Source: a virus
Strand: one strand, 5' to 3'
Length of the DNA stretch: 64,000 nucleotides
Virus record (IMG/VR): IMGVR_UViG_3300045988_154312
Coordinates: 128,001 to 192,000 of that record
Shown: positions 18,066-27,262 of the stretch, in pieces
How positions within the stretch are numbered: position 1 is the first letter of the stretch
How the letters are laid out: every line of letters starts with the position of its first letter
Notes under the pieces: generated by a model
The model's database searches: none
What the model saw: the letters and a program-made list of their open reading frames with translations, nothing else
What the model was told of the DNA's origin: nothing
Translations under genes and position numbers: made by a program

Positions 18066-20912
18066 ATGTCAAATAAAATTACAGAAATTTCTGAACAAAT
18101 TAAAGCATTAAAAGATATTACGTTTGGCGAAATTTTTACGCAACAATTAAAAGCATCGAAAATTCCTTTTCCAGAAAAATTCGAACATTATATCGAACAA
18201 TTAATCGAAAATGCTCAATTTACTCAAAATTCTAAATTAGAAGTATTATCGGCTGATAAGCAAAGTGATGGCTGGCATATAGATTTAATGGGACAACCAT
18301 TTAGCTATATTGAACTTGATAATGAACATTATAATTTTCCAGCTAGTGGACGTATGAATATCGTTACTCCATTAAAAGAAAGCGAACCGTTTTTTGTCGC
18401 TAAATATACATGGCTTCCATATGACGAATCTTTTGAAACTAATTATACTAAGCCACAAAACGATCAATATTTTAATAGTATTATTAATTCAGTTAGTTTC
18501 CCTGAAAAACAAGACAAAGGTACTATCGAAGTTGGTTATTTGATTGGAACTGGTAATAAAGATCAATTATTATTTATTGGAGGTCAACCTTCTATTTCTG
18601 GCAATATATATAATGGTTATACTATTCAAGGATTGCTTCCAGAATTTACATTTACAGTTGGCAATAAAGAATTTACGTCTGATTCTAGCGGTATGATTAC
18701 GATTACGACAAAAGAAGTTTTTGAAATCGTTAATGCTTATAACGAACAAAGAAGTACATTACCAGTTGTTGGTAAATACAACGGTATTTTAAAAGATCAT
18801 ATCGTAAAAGAAGATGAAGCATCTTTTGAAGAATCTTATAATTTTTTAGATACAGATATATTTAAACCTAGCGACAGTAGTAATAGTACGTATTATAATA
18901 AAACTAACGTACCGTTAGAAGTCGAATATTTAGGTGAAACTTCTACGATTCCGGTCGACGGTTCTAAAAAACTTAATACGACGTTCAATACGGTCGAACA
19001 ATTAAAAACTATTAAAGCTAATGCTACCGATAAATTTAAAATTAAAAATACGTTTAATTATCCTTGGAATAAAGAATTTACAGTTAGTAATTTGACTAGT
19101 ATATTAGATAAAGATTTATTTGTTAATTATATTAAGAGTAGTCAAAGCTTAGATGTATCGATCGAAGCATTAGGCCAAACATATGGTAATACTAATAATT
19201 ATGGTATTTATTCTATTTATAATGGCAATAGTTTTTATCCGACTAAAGAATTTTTAAAAACTATTCCCGCTAGCGCGACAGAATTAGGTATTACGATTAA
19301 AGATACATTCAATTATCCTTGGAAAACATTTATTAAATGCGATACCGTAACACAAACTATCCTTGATAAAGATTTTTTAATTAATAAAATTAAAAATAAT
19401 CAAAATAGTACAGCTTTGACGACCGAAATATTAGGACAAACGTTTAACGACATAAGCAGTGCTTATTCTTTTATTAATAGTAATAGTGCCACTCCTTCTA
19501 AAGAATTCTTAGAAACTGTCGATGAACATACGACAGAATTAGGCGTGACTATTAAAGATGAATTTACATATCCTTGGAAGAAATTTTTACATGTTCAAAG
19601 CTTTGACAAATTCTTAGATAAAAATTATATTATTAATAATTATAGTATTTATTATTCAACGTATGACGATATCGGTTATTATTTTACAGGATATCCTAAT
19701 TATAGCTATACATTTAATAATAAAGAATTAGTACTTAATAGTAGTTATCAAACAGTTATTTCTTATAAAGATATATATAATTATTTAAAAAATAAAAATA
19801 ATAGCATTTTATCATTTACAGTCAATATTAACTCTAATTATTATAATAAAACTATTAATATTGACAATCTTATTAATTTCAATAATATTATTGATAAATT
19901 ATTTTATGTCGATGTTAGTAATAAAACTATAACAAATAAAGCTGGTATTAAAAAATTAAAAGCTTATACAAATAGTCCTAATAACGGTATTGTTTATACA
20001 TTACCTGAAGAAGAAACATTCTCTTATTATAATTTATTACCGACAGAATTAAAATTTAAAAATAAATTTAATGATGTTAATTTTACTTATATGAATATTG
20101 CTGATGACGACTGTATAAATTCAATATTTTTGAGTCAGTATGTTGCAGCCGTTACTTCTAATATTCTAGCAAAAGAAGTATGCTTTAATAACTTAAGTCC
20201 AAGTTATAGCGATGAACATCAAAAATTAAGTTTAAATTTAGCTGATAATTTTTCTGATCTTAAACAATATATAGCCGATCATTATGAAATTGTTACTGCT
20301 AATGGAAATAAATACAATATTACAGAAACGTCTGATGGATTTATTATCGACGATAAGATTAAGAATGAAATGTTATTTGCTAGCGATGGTCTTACTATTT
20401 CTTTAATTCATAAAAATGATACTAATAATGAATTTATTAAGAAAGAAAATGAAACTATTTATAGCTATAATATTACAGGCAATGCTAATTTAGCAATATC
20501 TATTTATCAAAATTTAAACACACTAAATAAAGTGTATGACAATACTAAAAATGGATTTAATTTTGAAGAAATACTAAACATTTATGTAGATGATTATAAT
20601 TCAGCAGAAACAGCAAATGATGTGCCTAATATAGATTTTACAAAATTTATAGGTATGAAAGCATTATCTTTTATTCATAAAGAAAATGATCAAGAAAGAA
20701 AGCTTATTGAATCTGGTGAAGTTATTACATCTATTAATTCATTAAAATATTATTTTGATAAAAACGATAATAATTATGCTCATTTTATTGTAAATTATAA
20801 TACGGCATCTGAATCTAATAAAATATCTGATATTAAAATTAATGATAATTATGGTTTAATTTCAGGCATTCTTTATGGCTACAACGCAGATAATTTAAAG
20901 GATAAGGCATAA
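18066..20912 (+). CDS. Large fibre/receptor-binding-like protein with three internal ~90-aa repeats
   Basis: Repeats centred on IK(N/D)(T/E)F(N/T)YPW(N/K)K at nt ~19041, 19303 and 19556. Asn/Tyr-rich C-terminal half. Confidence 0.65.
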   Translation: MSNKITEISEQIKALKDITFGEIFTQQLKASKIPFPEKFEHYIEQLIENAQFTQNSKLEVLSADKQSDGWHIDLMGQPFSYIELDNEHYNFPASGRMNIVTPLKESEPFFVAKYTWLPYDESFETNYTKPQNDQYFNSIINSVSFPEKQDKGTIEVGYLIGTGNKDQLLFIGGQPSISGNIYNGYTIQGLLPEFTFTVGNKEFTSDSSGMITITTKEVFEIVNAYNEQRSTLPVVGKYNGILKDHIVKEDEASFEESYNFLDTDIFKPSDSSNSTYYNKTNVPLEVEYLGETSTIPVDGSKKLNTTFNTVEQLKTIKANATDKFKIKNTFNYPWNKEFTVSNLTSILDKDLFVNYIKSSQSLDVSIEALGQTYGNTNNYGIYSIYNGNSFYPTKEFLKTIPASATELGITIKDTFNYPWKTFIKCDTVTQTILDKDFLINKIKNNQNSTALTTEILGQTFNDISSAYSFINSNSATPSKEFLETVDEHTTELGVTIKDEFTYPWKKFLHVQSFDKFLDKNYIINNYSIYYSTYDDIGYYFTGYPNYSYTFNNKELVLNSSYQTVISYKDIYNYLKNKNNSILSFTVNINSNYYNKTINIDNLINFNNIIDKLFYVDVSNKTITNKAGIKKLKAYTNSPNNGIVYTLPEEETFSYYNLLPTELKFKNKFNDVNFTYMNIADDDCINSIFLSQYVAAVTSNILAKEVCFNNLSPSYSDEHQKLSLNLADNFSDLKQYIADHYEIVTANGNKYNITETSDGFIIDDKIKNEMLFASDGLTISLIHKNDTNNEFIKKENETIYSYNITGNANLAISIYQNLNTLNKVYDNTKNGFNFEEILNIYVDDYNSAETANDVPNIDFTKFIGMKALSFIHKENDQERKLIESGEVITSINSLKYYFDKNDNNYAHFIVNYNTASESNKISDIKINDNYGLISGILYGYNADNLKDKA

Positions 20913-20915
20913 TAT

Positions 20916-21509
20916 ATGACATACGAAGAACAATTAAAACAAGTTCGTAATAACGTTATTAAAAACGTATATCCCGTTATACAACGACAAGGTTCTTCGA
21001 ATACTATGATTACTCTTCATTGGACAGCTGGTCATTACGACCAGTTGTTCGATGACTATCATATGTGTATCGATGGATCTGGAAATGTACACGTAATGCA
21101 AGATTTAGATAATAAGGGTGCGCACTGCTATCGAGAAAATACTAATAACCTCGGTATTTCTGCATGTTCTAATTATGGATCTGAATTAAATGGCGACGGT
21201 TATACCGGATACTCAACATATAACCCTGGTTCAGAACCTGTTAATGCCTTACAACTCGAAGCAATGGCGACTGTCGTATATCTATGTTGCGTGACATGGA
21301 GCTTACCATTGAGTCAAGTATTTACTCATGGCGAACGCTGCTTAGCTCGCCAAGATTTATACGATTATCCGGCAGAACGTTGGGATCTCGATATTCTCGT
21401 ACCAGAGTGTCATGTTCGTACTGAAGACGGTTTACATACTGCAGGCGGCAACTGGATTCGTAATCGCGCTCGTGAAATCGCACGGATGAACGGTGTCGAT
21501 TATTTATAA
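20916..21509 (+). CDS. N-acetylmuramoyl-L-alanine amidase (Amidase_2/PGRP-like) lysin
   Basis: TLHWTAGHY...YHMCIDGSGNVH...GAHCYRENTNNLGIS...VFTHGE pattern of type-2 amidases. No obvious wall-binding domain. Confidence 0.6.
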   Translation: MTYEEQLKQVRNNVIKNVYPVIQRQGSSNTMITLHWTAGHYDQLFDDYHMCIDGSGNVHVMQDLDNKGAHCYRENTNNLGISACSNYGSELNGDGYTGYSTYNPGSEPVNALQLEAMATVVYLCCVTWSLPLSQVFTHGERCLARQDLYDYPAERWDLDILVPECHVRTEDGLHTAGGNWIRNRAREIARMNGVDYL

Positions 21510-21524
21510 TAGAAAGGTTTTTTA

Positions 21525-23657
21525 ATGTCTATTATTTCTGAAATTGCTCAAGGCTTAAGCTCGATCATTAAAAAAAATGACGAACTTTTTATGAAAAAAG
21601 CTGATGCTCAAAGTTTATTAGGCTCGACAAAATCTCTTAACGTCGTTATGGAAGGTGTCGATAATACAGGCGCTACCGACGTAACGGCTAAATTAAACGA
21701 AATTTTTCTCAAAGCATCTAAAGAAAAATACGACGAAGTAATTTTCCCGGACGGTACTTACAAGATCGAAAATGTCGTAAAGATTTTCTGCCCAGAAAAA
21801 AAGAGTCGTTCTTTAGTCGTTAGATCTGAAAATACTTATGGTGCTACTATTTTATGCGATCATACCGATGCATCTCAAGGCGATATCGGATTTGTATTGA
21901 CTCGTAATGCACCGGAAGATTTAGACGATATTACTAATGCTTATAATACCGCGATCGATGGTTTTATTTTTAAAGTTAAAGATCAAGACGCCGAAGGCAG
22001 CAGTTTTAAATTTATCGGTACGGCTGGTGACTTTAATCAATTAGTATTCACTAATCTAAAATTATTAAATCTTCGGATGACTAATACTAAAGATTGTACA
22101 GGTAATAATATCGATTTAGCTGCTCAATGTAATAACTTGACTATCGATAACGTAAAAGCCAATTACGGTATGTATGCTATATATCTAGAATACAGTGATG
22201 GCATAAACAACAATATAAGTAATATCGTTTCTAATAACTGTACTTTCTGTATCTGTACATACTCATATGCTGATTTCGAAACCATTACTCTTCATTTTGA
22301 CGATACTGTCGATTTAAATAATGGTACTACGGCTAATTTTTATGCTAATAAAATATCGAATTTTAAATTAACGGGTAGATGGGCTCTTAATCAAAATCCA
22401 TTATATATTAGTGTTGGACCAAGAGCCGAGATTAGTCATGTTACGCTCGATATTACGCTTGACGATAATGTCGACCATGTACTCGTCGAGAAAAAACCTT
22501 CGGCATTTATCTATTTAACTTCACCAGAAAATGCTAAAATCGAAGTAAAAGTAAACAATCTTAAATTTGATAAATTCCAAGAAAACTTTGATAGCTGGAT
22601 ACAAAAAGGTACTAAATTCTCTTGGATTAATTCTCCAGAAGTATCTATCTCGCCTAACGGTATAGCCGAATATCCTACATTAACTTTATTTAACAATCTA
22701 GGTTCTGTCGATGAATATAGCTCGAGAGGTTTCCTTAATAGAAAATATGAAATTAAGGTAGAAGACGATGCTAAGACAAGAATCTATTTAGGTTACGATA
22801 GAACTATTCATGAGCAAAATCCTAGCAGTCGAGATGAATTAGCCGATAGTGAAGGTTCGGCTATTTTCTTCGGTGCTAATGGCGTTCCTTATAAAGACGC
22901 TAAAGATCATGATTATAGTAATTATACTGCTGGCGTTGCCGGCGATGTATATTTAGAATCTAAGCCTAATAGATCCGGTCATTTTGGTTATGTATCGACC
23001 TACAGATATACGACTAAAACCGAGTATTTAGCGGCAGCGGATAAACCTATTTCTGTTACGAATCATGGCGACAGAACAATGACTTTTGGTTTTAATAAAT
23101 TCCCGGTATGGGATAACGGTACGTTAAAAGATACGCCGATTACAGTCGGTAGTATGATGAATGTATTAGGCAAAGGTGGCTTTAAGGTTATCGAAACTGA
23201 TGTCAATGCTAAGACTATGAAATGTGAAATTCCTGAACCTTATAAAGCTGATGTTATTACTTCATTAGCCGATTTAAGTATGGAAATTTATTTCATGCCA
23301 AATAAACCTATTAATACTATGGGTACTATGACCTACGAAACGATTCCGATTATTCATTCTGGCCCGACGGAAAAAAGACCGACTGAGCATATTGCAATTG
23401 GTCAACAGTATTTCGATACGACACTCGGAATGCCGATATTCTGGAACGGTACTAAATGGATTATTAGTGCCAGCGATGTCGACGAAAAATTAAAAGATTA
23501 CGTTCGCATCGATAAGCTTATGGCAAGTGATATTACACAAGCACCAGCGTTTGCTGGACAAATAGCTAAAGTAGATAGTGCACTTTATATTGCAGAATCG
23601 ACGACTAGCACTAATTCTTGGCGAAAAGTTATGTTAGAACCTAACGATACTTTATAA
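21525..23657 (+). CDS. Tailspike/depolymerase-like beta-helix protein
   Basis: N-terminal GVDNTGATDVTAKLNEIF...VIFPDGTYKI (pectate-lyase-3-like start). C-terminal RPTEHIAIGQQYFDTTLGMPIFWNGTKW motif. Confidence 0.65.
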   Translation: MSIISEIAQGLSSIIKKNDELFMKKADAQSLLGSTKSLNVVMEGVDNTGATDVTAKLNEIFLKASKEKYDEVIFPDGTYKIENVVKIFCPEKKSRSLVVRSENTYGATILCDHTDASQGDIGFVLTRNAPEDLDDITNAYNTAIDGFIFKVKDQDAEGSSFKFIGTAGDFNQLVFTNLKLLNLRMTNTKDCTGNNIDLAAQCNNLTIDNVKANYGMYAIYLEYSDGINNNISNIVSNNCTFCICTYSYADFETITLHFDDTVDLNNGTTANFYANKISNFKLTGRWALNQNPLYISVGPRAEISHVTLDITLDDNVDHVLVEKKPSAFIYLTSPENAKIEVKVNNLKFDKFQENFDSWIQKGTKFSWINSPEVSISPNGIAEYPTLTLFNNLGSVDEYSSRGFLNRKYEIKVEDDAKTRIYLGYDRTIHEQNPSSRDELADSEGSAIFFGANGVPYKDAKDHDYSNYTAGVAGDVYLESKPNRSGHFGYVSTYRYTTKTEYLAAADKPISVTNHGDRTMTFGFNKFPVWDNGTLKDTPITVGSMMNVLGKGGFKVIETDVNAKTMKCEIPEPYKADVITSLADLSMEIYFMPNKPINTMGTMTYETIPIIHSGPTEKRPTEHIAIGQQYFDTTLGMPIFWNGTKWIISASDVDEKLKDYVRIDKLMASDITQAPAFAGQIAKVDSALYIAESTTSTNSWRKVMLEPNDTL

Positions 23658-23669
23658 TAAACAATATAT

Positions 23670-23696
23670 CCCCGTACTTAGTGCGGGGATTTTTTC
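23670..23696 (+). terminator. Intrinsic terminator (CCCCGT-N7-GCGGGG type)
   Basis: ccccgtacttagtgcgggg followed by attttttc. Confidence 0.75.
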
Positions 23697-23743
23697 TGTA
23701 ATATAGTAGTATATATTTTAAATCTACGAAAGGACATATTCAT

Positions 23744-25054
23744 ATGCCAGAAACCAATATATACGATTATGAGTTCACCGTTAACGAAAGTGAACCGAAA
23801 CGTGCTGACATGTTAAATAGACTTAAGGATAGGGTTAAGCATGTCGACAAAAAAGAAGTAATCGCATCCGACGAATTTGTCGACGGCGAATCGAGCTTCG
23901 ACGAAGATAAAGCATTAAGTGCTTTCTTATTATATAAGTTATTCCCGACTAAAGTAAATCTGTTAAGAGAACATTATACTAAGGGCGAAGTCGATGGTTT
24001 GTTAAGCGATCTCGTCGCTAAATATTATTTAAAAGATCAGATCGATTCGATGCTTGCCAATTTAAAGAATGATTTAAGAGCTTCGCTCGATACGACAGGC
24101 GACGGTCTAAAACAATTAGTTAATAGTCTTAAATCTGACTTAAGTAAACATCGTACGCTCGAAGAACTAGATCATCCTGACGCTAGCGTTACGACTCGTA
24201 AGATTCGCGATCATGCGATTACGAAAGACAAGCTCTCTTCCGATTTACTATTAAATATCGATGCTAAAGCTAATAAGGCGGGTGATACGTTTACCGGTCT
24301 CGTAACGTTTAACGAAGGTCTAAAAATCCCGTCCTTAGACTTACTAAATACGAATACGTTTCACAGTATTAGTTCAAGTTTAAATAATCGAGGCGAATCC
24401 GATTTAGATGTCGGTACGTACGATACGACTCATCAAGTAAATTTATGTTCGACTAATAACCCGGGTTGGCTCGATGCTAATCGTAATTTTAAGCGTTTCT
24501 TGGTTCAGAACGATCTCGACGATATTAATAATAAGATCAATGCTATTAATACTAAATTAAATAGTAGTAGTAGTAATGATCGATTATATAAACTTAATTT
24601 TGAACTTGTCGACGGCAATAAAATACAAGCATTTTTAATTAAGCCTAATGAACGTGGAGAAAATAATCGTTATGTTTGTGTTAAATTAGCAAGAGTCCCA
24701 AATAACTTTTCTGGATTATTCTATCATACATCAACAGTAGTAAGAGGAAGTGGCGGAGGAGAACATAATGATTATAGTTATGCTTATTCGACAACGCATG
24801 TTAATATTTTAACAAAACAAGACTTAAGTATATCGTTAGAAGATGCTTTTAATCATTCTCGCTCACAAAATGAGAGTGGATATACTAGAAGACATGATAT
24901 TGATCCTGTTCTTCTTATTTATGATGGATACATTTGTTATGTGTTTAAAGATGTAAATGGATATCCTCGCTTAAATATTAATAATGGTTTATGGCACGAT
25001 TATGCAGGATATAAAGAATATTATTTAAATAAAAATTTCTTTGTTATTTCTTAA
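23744..25054 (+). CDS. Tail fibre protein with switchable C-terminal tip (expressed orientation)
   Basis: AAAGGACAT-N6-ATG start context. Codons 269-278 lie in IR-L. The C-terminal ~158 aa are homologous to the minus-strand cassette 25051..25500. Confidence 0.75.
   Translation: MPETNIYDYEFTVNESEPKRADMLNRLKDRVKHVDKKEVIASDEFVDGESSFDEDKALSAFLLYKLFPTKVNLLREHYTKGEVDGLLSDLVAKYYLKDQIDSMLANLKNDLRASLDTTGDGLKQLVNSLKSDLSKHRTLEELDHPDASVTTRKIRDHAITKDKLSSDLLLNIDAKANKAGDTFTGLVTFNEGLKIPSLDLLNTNTFHSISSSLNNRGESDLDVGTYDTTHQVNLCSTNNPGWLDANRNFKRFLVQNDLDDINNKINAINTKLNSSSSNDRLYKLNFELVDGNKIQAFLIKPNERGENNRYVCVKLARVPNNFSGLFYHTSTVVRGSGGGEHNDYSYAYSTTHVNILTKQDLSISLEDAFNHSRSQNESGYTRRHDIDPVLLIYDGYICYVFKDVNGYPRLNINNGLWHDYAGYKEYYLNKNFFVIS
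24548..24578. repeat. IR-L of invertible segment
   Basis: AATACTAAATTAAATAGTAGTAGTAGTAATG, with a perfect reverse complement at 25506-25536. Confidence 0.9.
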
Positions 25055-25500
25055 GAAATGATATATAATCCTAAGTTAAAATTATTTCCGGTATCAAATA
25101 AATTATTATCGTAATCTGGAACATATTGTGAATAGAATCTAATACATATATATCCATTTTTTATAAATATTGTATTGTTTATTTCGTTATCTGCAGATCT
25201 AGATTTACGAGTCCATCCTGTCCTATAAAACTGTGTAAAGAAACTAGTAATATCTTTTTCTTGAACGAATTCATCTTTTAATAAAATATTTACATTAGTT
25301 TGATAAGCAACTTTGATATGTCCATCATCATGTCCACCTGTCCAATAACTATGTTGAGATCTCGTATGGTAATAAATACCAGAAAAACTATTCGGAACTT
25401 TACACAAATACAAATTAAAAATATAACCACCATGGCGATGATCAATTTTTTCAATACGCATCTTAGTTCCTTCAACGTATTCTAACTGCATTTTATACAT
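25051..25500 (-). CDS. Alternative tail-fibre C-terminal cassette (silent orientation)
   Basis: Homologous to the C-terminus of 23744 gene (KVPNSFSGIYYHT, NGYICIRFY, ...IIS). The frame stays open upstream through IR-R, reading NTKLNSSSSN-GS-MYKMQ. Confidence 0.7.
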   Translation of the reverse strand: MYKMQLEYVEGTKMRIEKIDHRHGGYIFNLYLCKVPNSFSGIYYHTRSQHSYWTGGHDDGHIKVAYQTNVNILLKDEFVQEKDITSFFTQFYRTGWTRKSRSADNEINNTIFIKNGYICIRFYSQYVPDYDNNLFDTGNNFNLGLYIIS

Positions 25501-25505
25501 AGAAC

Positions 25506-25536
25506 CATTACTACTACTACTATTTAATTTAGTATT
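25506..25536. repeat. IR-R of invertible segment
   Basis: Reverse complement of 24548-24578, 31/31 identical. Confidence 0.9.
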
Positions 25537-25615
25537 CTAGTAGTAACTATATCCTCTATATGATATACTAATAGTATATAAAAATATTATTGTTTTCATA
25601 TGGAGGATATTTTTT

Positions 25616-26014
25616 ATGAAACAGATTACTCTAAATAATTTTTCTTCTTATATTAGAAGTCGTATTCCTGAAATTAAACTTAAATCCGATATGTTAACTT
25701 TCCTTGTCGACATGTGGCATAAGTATAAATACGGCGAATTTCTATTAAAAGATGTCGTATATAATTACGACGACTATTTCTTTTTAACGAGTAACGTTGA
25801 AGATGATCGTATCATCTCGTATACGTTAGAAGCATACGATATTATTAACGATATCAAAAAAATTAAATATATTGAATATAAATTTATATCGATCGAACGA
25901 CTTCTTCTCGAAAAGAAACCTCAAAATCAAAAAGAAGCTTATAAACTCTTTATCGATGAATTAGTATTATTACTATTAATGGGAACATCTGGTGATGATA
26001 TCAGAAGACAGTAA
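25616..26014 (+). CDS. Hypothetical protein
   Basis: SD GGAGGA. 132-aa ORF with no recognisable domain. Confidence 0.55.
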   Translation: MKQITLNNFSSYIRSRIPEIKLKSDMLTFLVDMWHKYKYGEFLLKDVVYNYDDYFFLTSNVEDDRIISYTLEAYDIINDIKKIKYIEYKFISIERLLLEKKPQNQKEAYKLFIDELVLLLLMGTSGDDIRRQ

Positions 26015-26408
26015 TCTATCCCGTTATATCGACACGTTAGTCGACATGTATTATCCGCCGTTTAGTTTATTCTTTACTAGGTTTAAAAAGAATAATATTA
26101 AAGAGATTATTAAACACGATATCGTCGGTAATTATCTTTATGAACATCCTGGTTTAGATGATAACGATATACGTAAGAAATATATCTTTATCACCGTGAT
26201 TAAATTCTTATCACTTCGTAATTACGAACATATCGACTACGAGATTTATACGCTACGCGGCGAGATTCAGACATTATTATTTAAAGAACAAGCTAAACAA
26301 TTGGCCGAAATATTTATCGAGAATAAAAGTCAACAGATAGCATTTAACAAATATAGAACAAAAATTAAAAAAGACGTCGTCATGCACTATCTTAATAAGA
26401 GCCTTTAA
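25992..26408 (+). CDS. Hypothetical protein
   Basis: GTG/ATG start at 25992/25995 overlapping the upstream gene end, followed by a terminator. Confidence 0.55.
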   Translation: MMISEDSNLSRYIDTLVDMYYPPFSLFFTRFKKNNIKEIIKHDIVGNYLYEHPGLDDNDIRKKYIFITVIKFLSLRNYEHIDYEIYTLRGEIQTLLFKEQAKQLAEIFIENKSQQIAFNKYRTKIKKDVVMHYLNKSL

Positions 26409-26427
26409 CGAGGCTCTTATTTTTTTA
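26397..26427 (+). terminator. Intrinsic terminator
   Basis: aagagcc/ggctctt stem followed by a T7 run. Confidence 0.75.
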
Positions 26428-26894
26428 TTCTTTTTTATCGAATATATGTTCGCTATAATGATATAAATTGTGGTCGATGTATTTTTTAAACAAGGATCAT
26501 AAGTATATGTATGGGAGTATACGTTTTCTCAGTAAGTGTATATAAATGAGAAAACCCAATAAGTAAGAAAACTTGGGATTTTTTGCGAGGGGGTAAGTAA
26601 ATCTATATAAAAATAAAAATATTTATTCTCGATAAGAGCTTGTAAATGAGAAAAACATTATATATGTAAAACTTAGGATATTTTCTGACGGGGTAAGTGT
26701 TTTATATATATATGGCCGATTGACCAAAGTTCGCCCCCCCGCCTTTGATTCTAGGTGGTGTTTGGACTGAACGATGGTCAATCGGTCGTGACCTTCATCA
26801 TTGTGATGGGGTCAATTTAATTAAGACATTGTGTAAAACAAAACACTTCCTTCACAATGTCTATATCTAATTGATGGGAGGAAAGGAACTAAAA

Positions 26895-27176
26895 ATGAAA
26901 AAGTTAGTAGTAATGGTAACAGTTGTAGTATTGATGGCTGTAGGTTTCATCTGGTGGTTAACACCAGTGCAACCCCATCACTACATGTTGCATGTAGTGA
27001 AAGGAGGTGAAACCATTACAAGCATCGTATTGGATGCAAATAGAAATTCTAATATCGATTATGATATTAGAGAGGCTGCAGCAACAGCTGTAGCTGAGTC
27101 CAAGAAGATGGAAGGAGGTATAGCCTCTTATCTCATCCATCCGGGAGATAAGGTAGCAGTACCGATCTATAAATAA
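26895..27176 (+). CDS. Small membrane-anchored LysM-like protein (YneA-like architecture)
   Basis: SD GGGAGGAAAGG. N-terminal TM (LVVMVTVVVLMAVGFIWW), then HVVKGGETITSIV...IHPGDKVAVPIY, LysM-like and similar in layout to B. subtilis YneA. Confidence 0.45.
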   Translation: MKKLVVMVTVVVLMAVGFIWWLTPVQPHHYMLHVVKGGETITSIVLDANRNSNIDYDIREAAATAVAESKKMEGGIASYLIHPGDKVAVPIYK

Positions 27177-27262
27177 GATCTGTGCTACTACCAAGTCCAG
27201 CTGTATGACTATAAACTATAGCAACTTTGTTCTGTTCGTTACTAGTAAAGGAGGTGAAGTAA

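Larger units (their letters stand above)
24548..25536. other. Putative invertible DNA segment carrying two alternative fibre tips
   Basis: 31-bp perfect inverted repeats bracket two convergent homologous coding cassettes whose stops overlap in the palindrome ATTTCTTAAGAAAT (25046-25059). Confidence 0.7.

Noticed and set aside
25500-26430. Gin/Hin/Cin-type invertase next to the invertible fibre segment
   Set aside because: The two adjacent genes (25616, 25992) encode 132- and 138-aa proteins with no serine-recombinase N-terminal motif (no ...YxRVSTxxQ...) and no tyrosine-recombinase RHRY-type features. No recombinase was recognised anywhere in the window.
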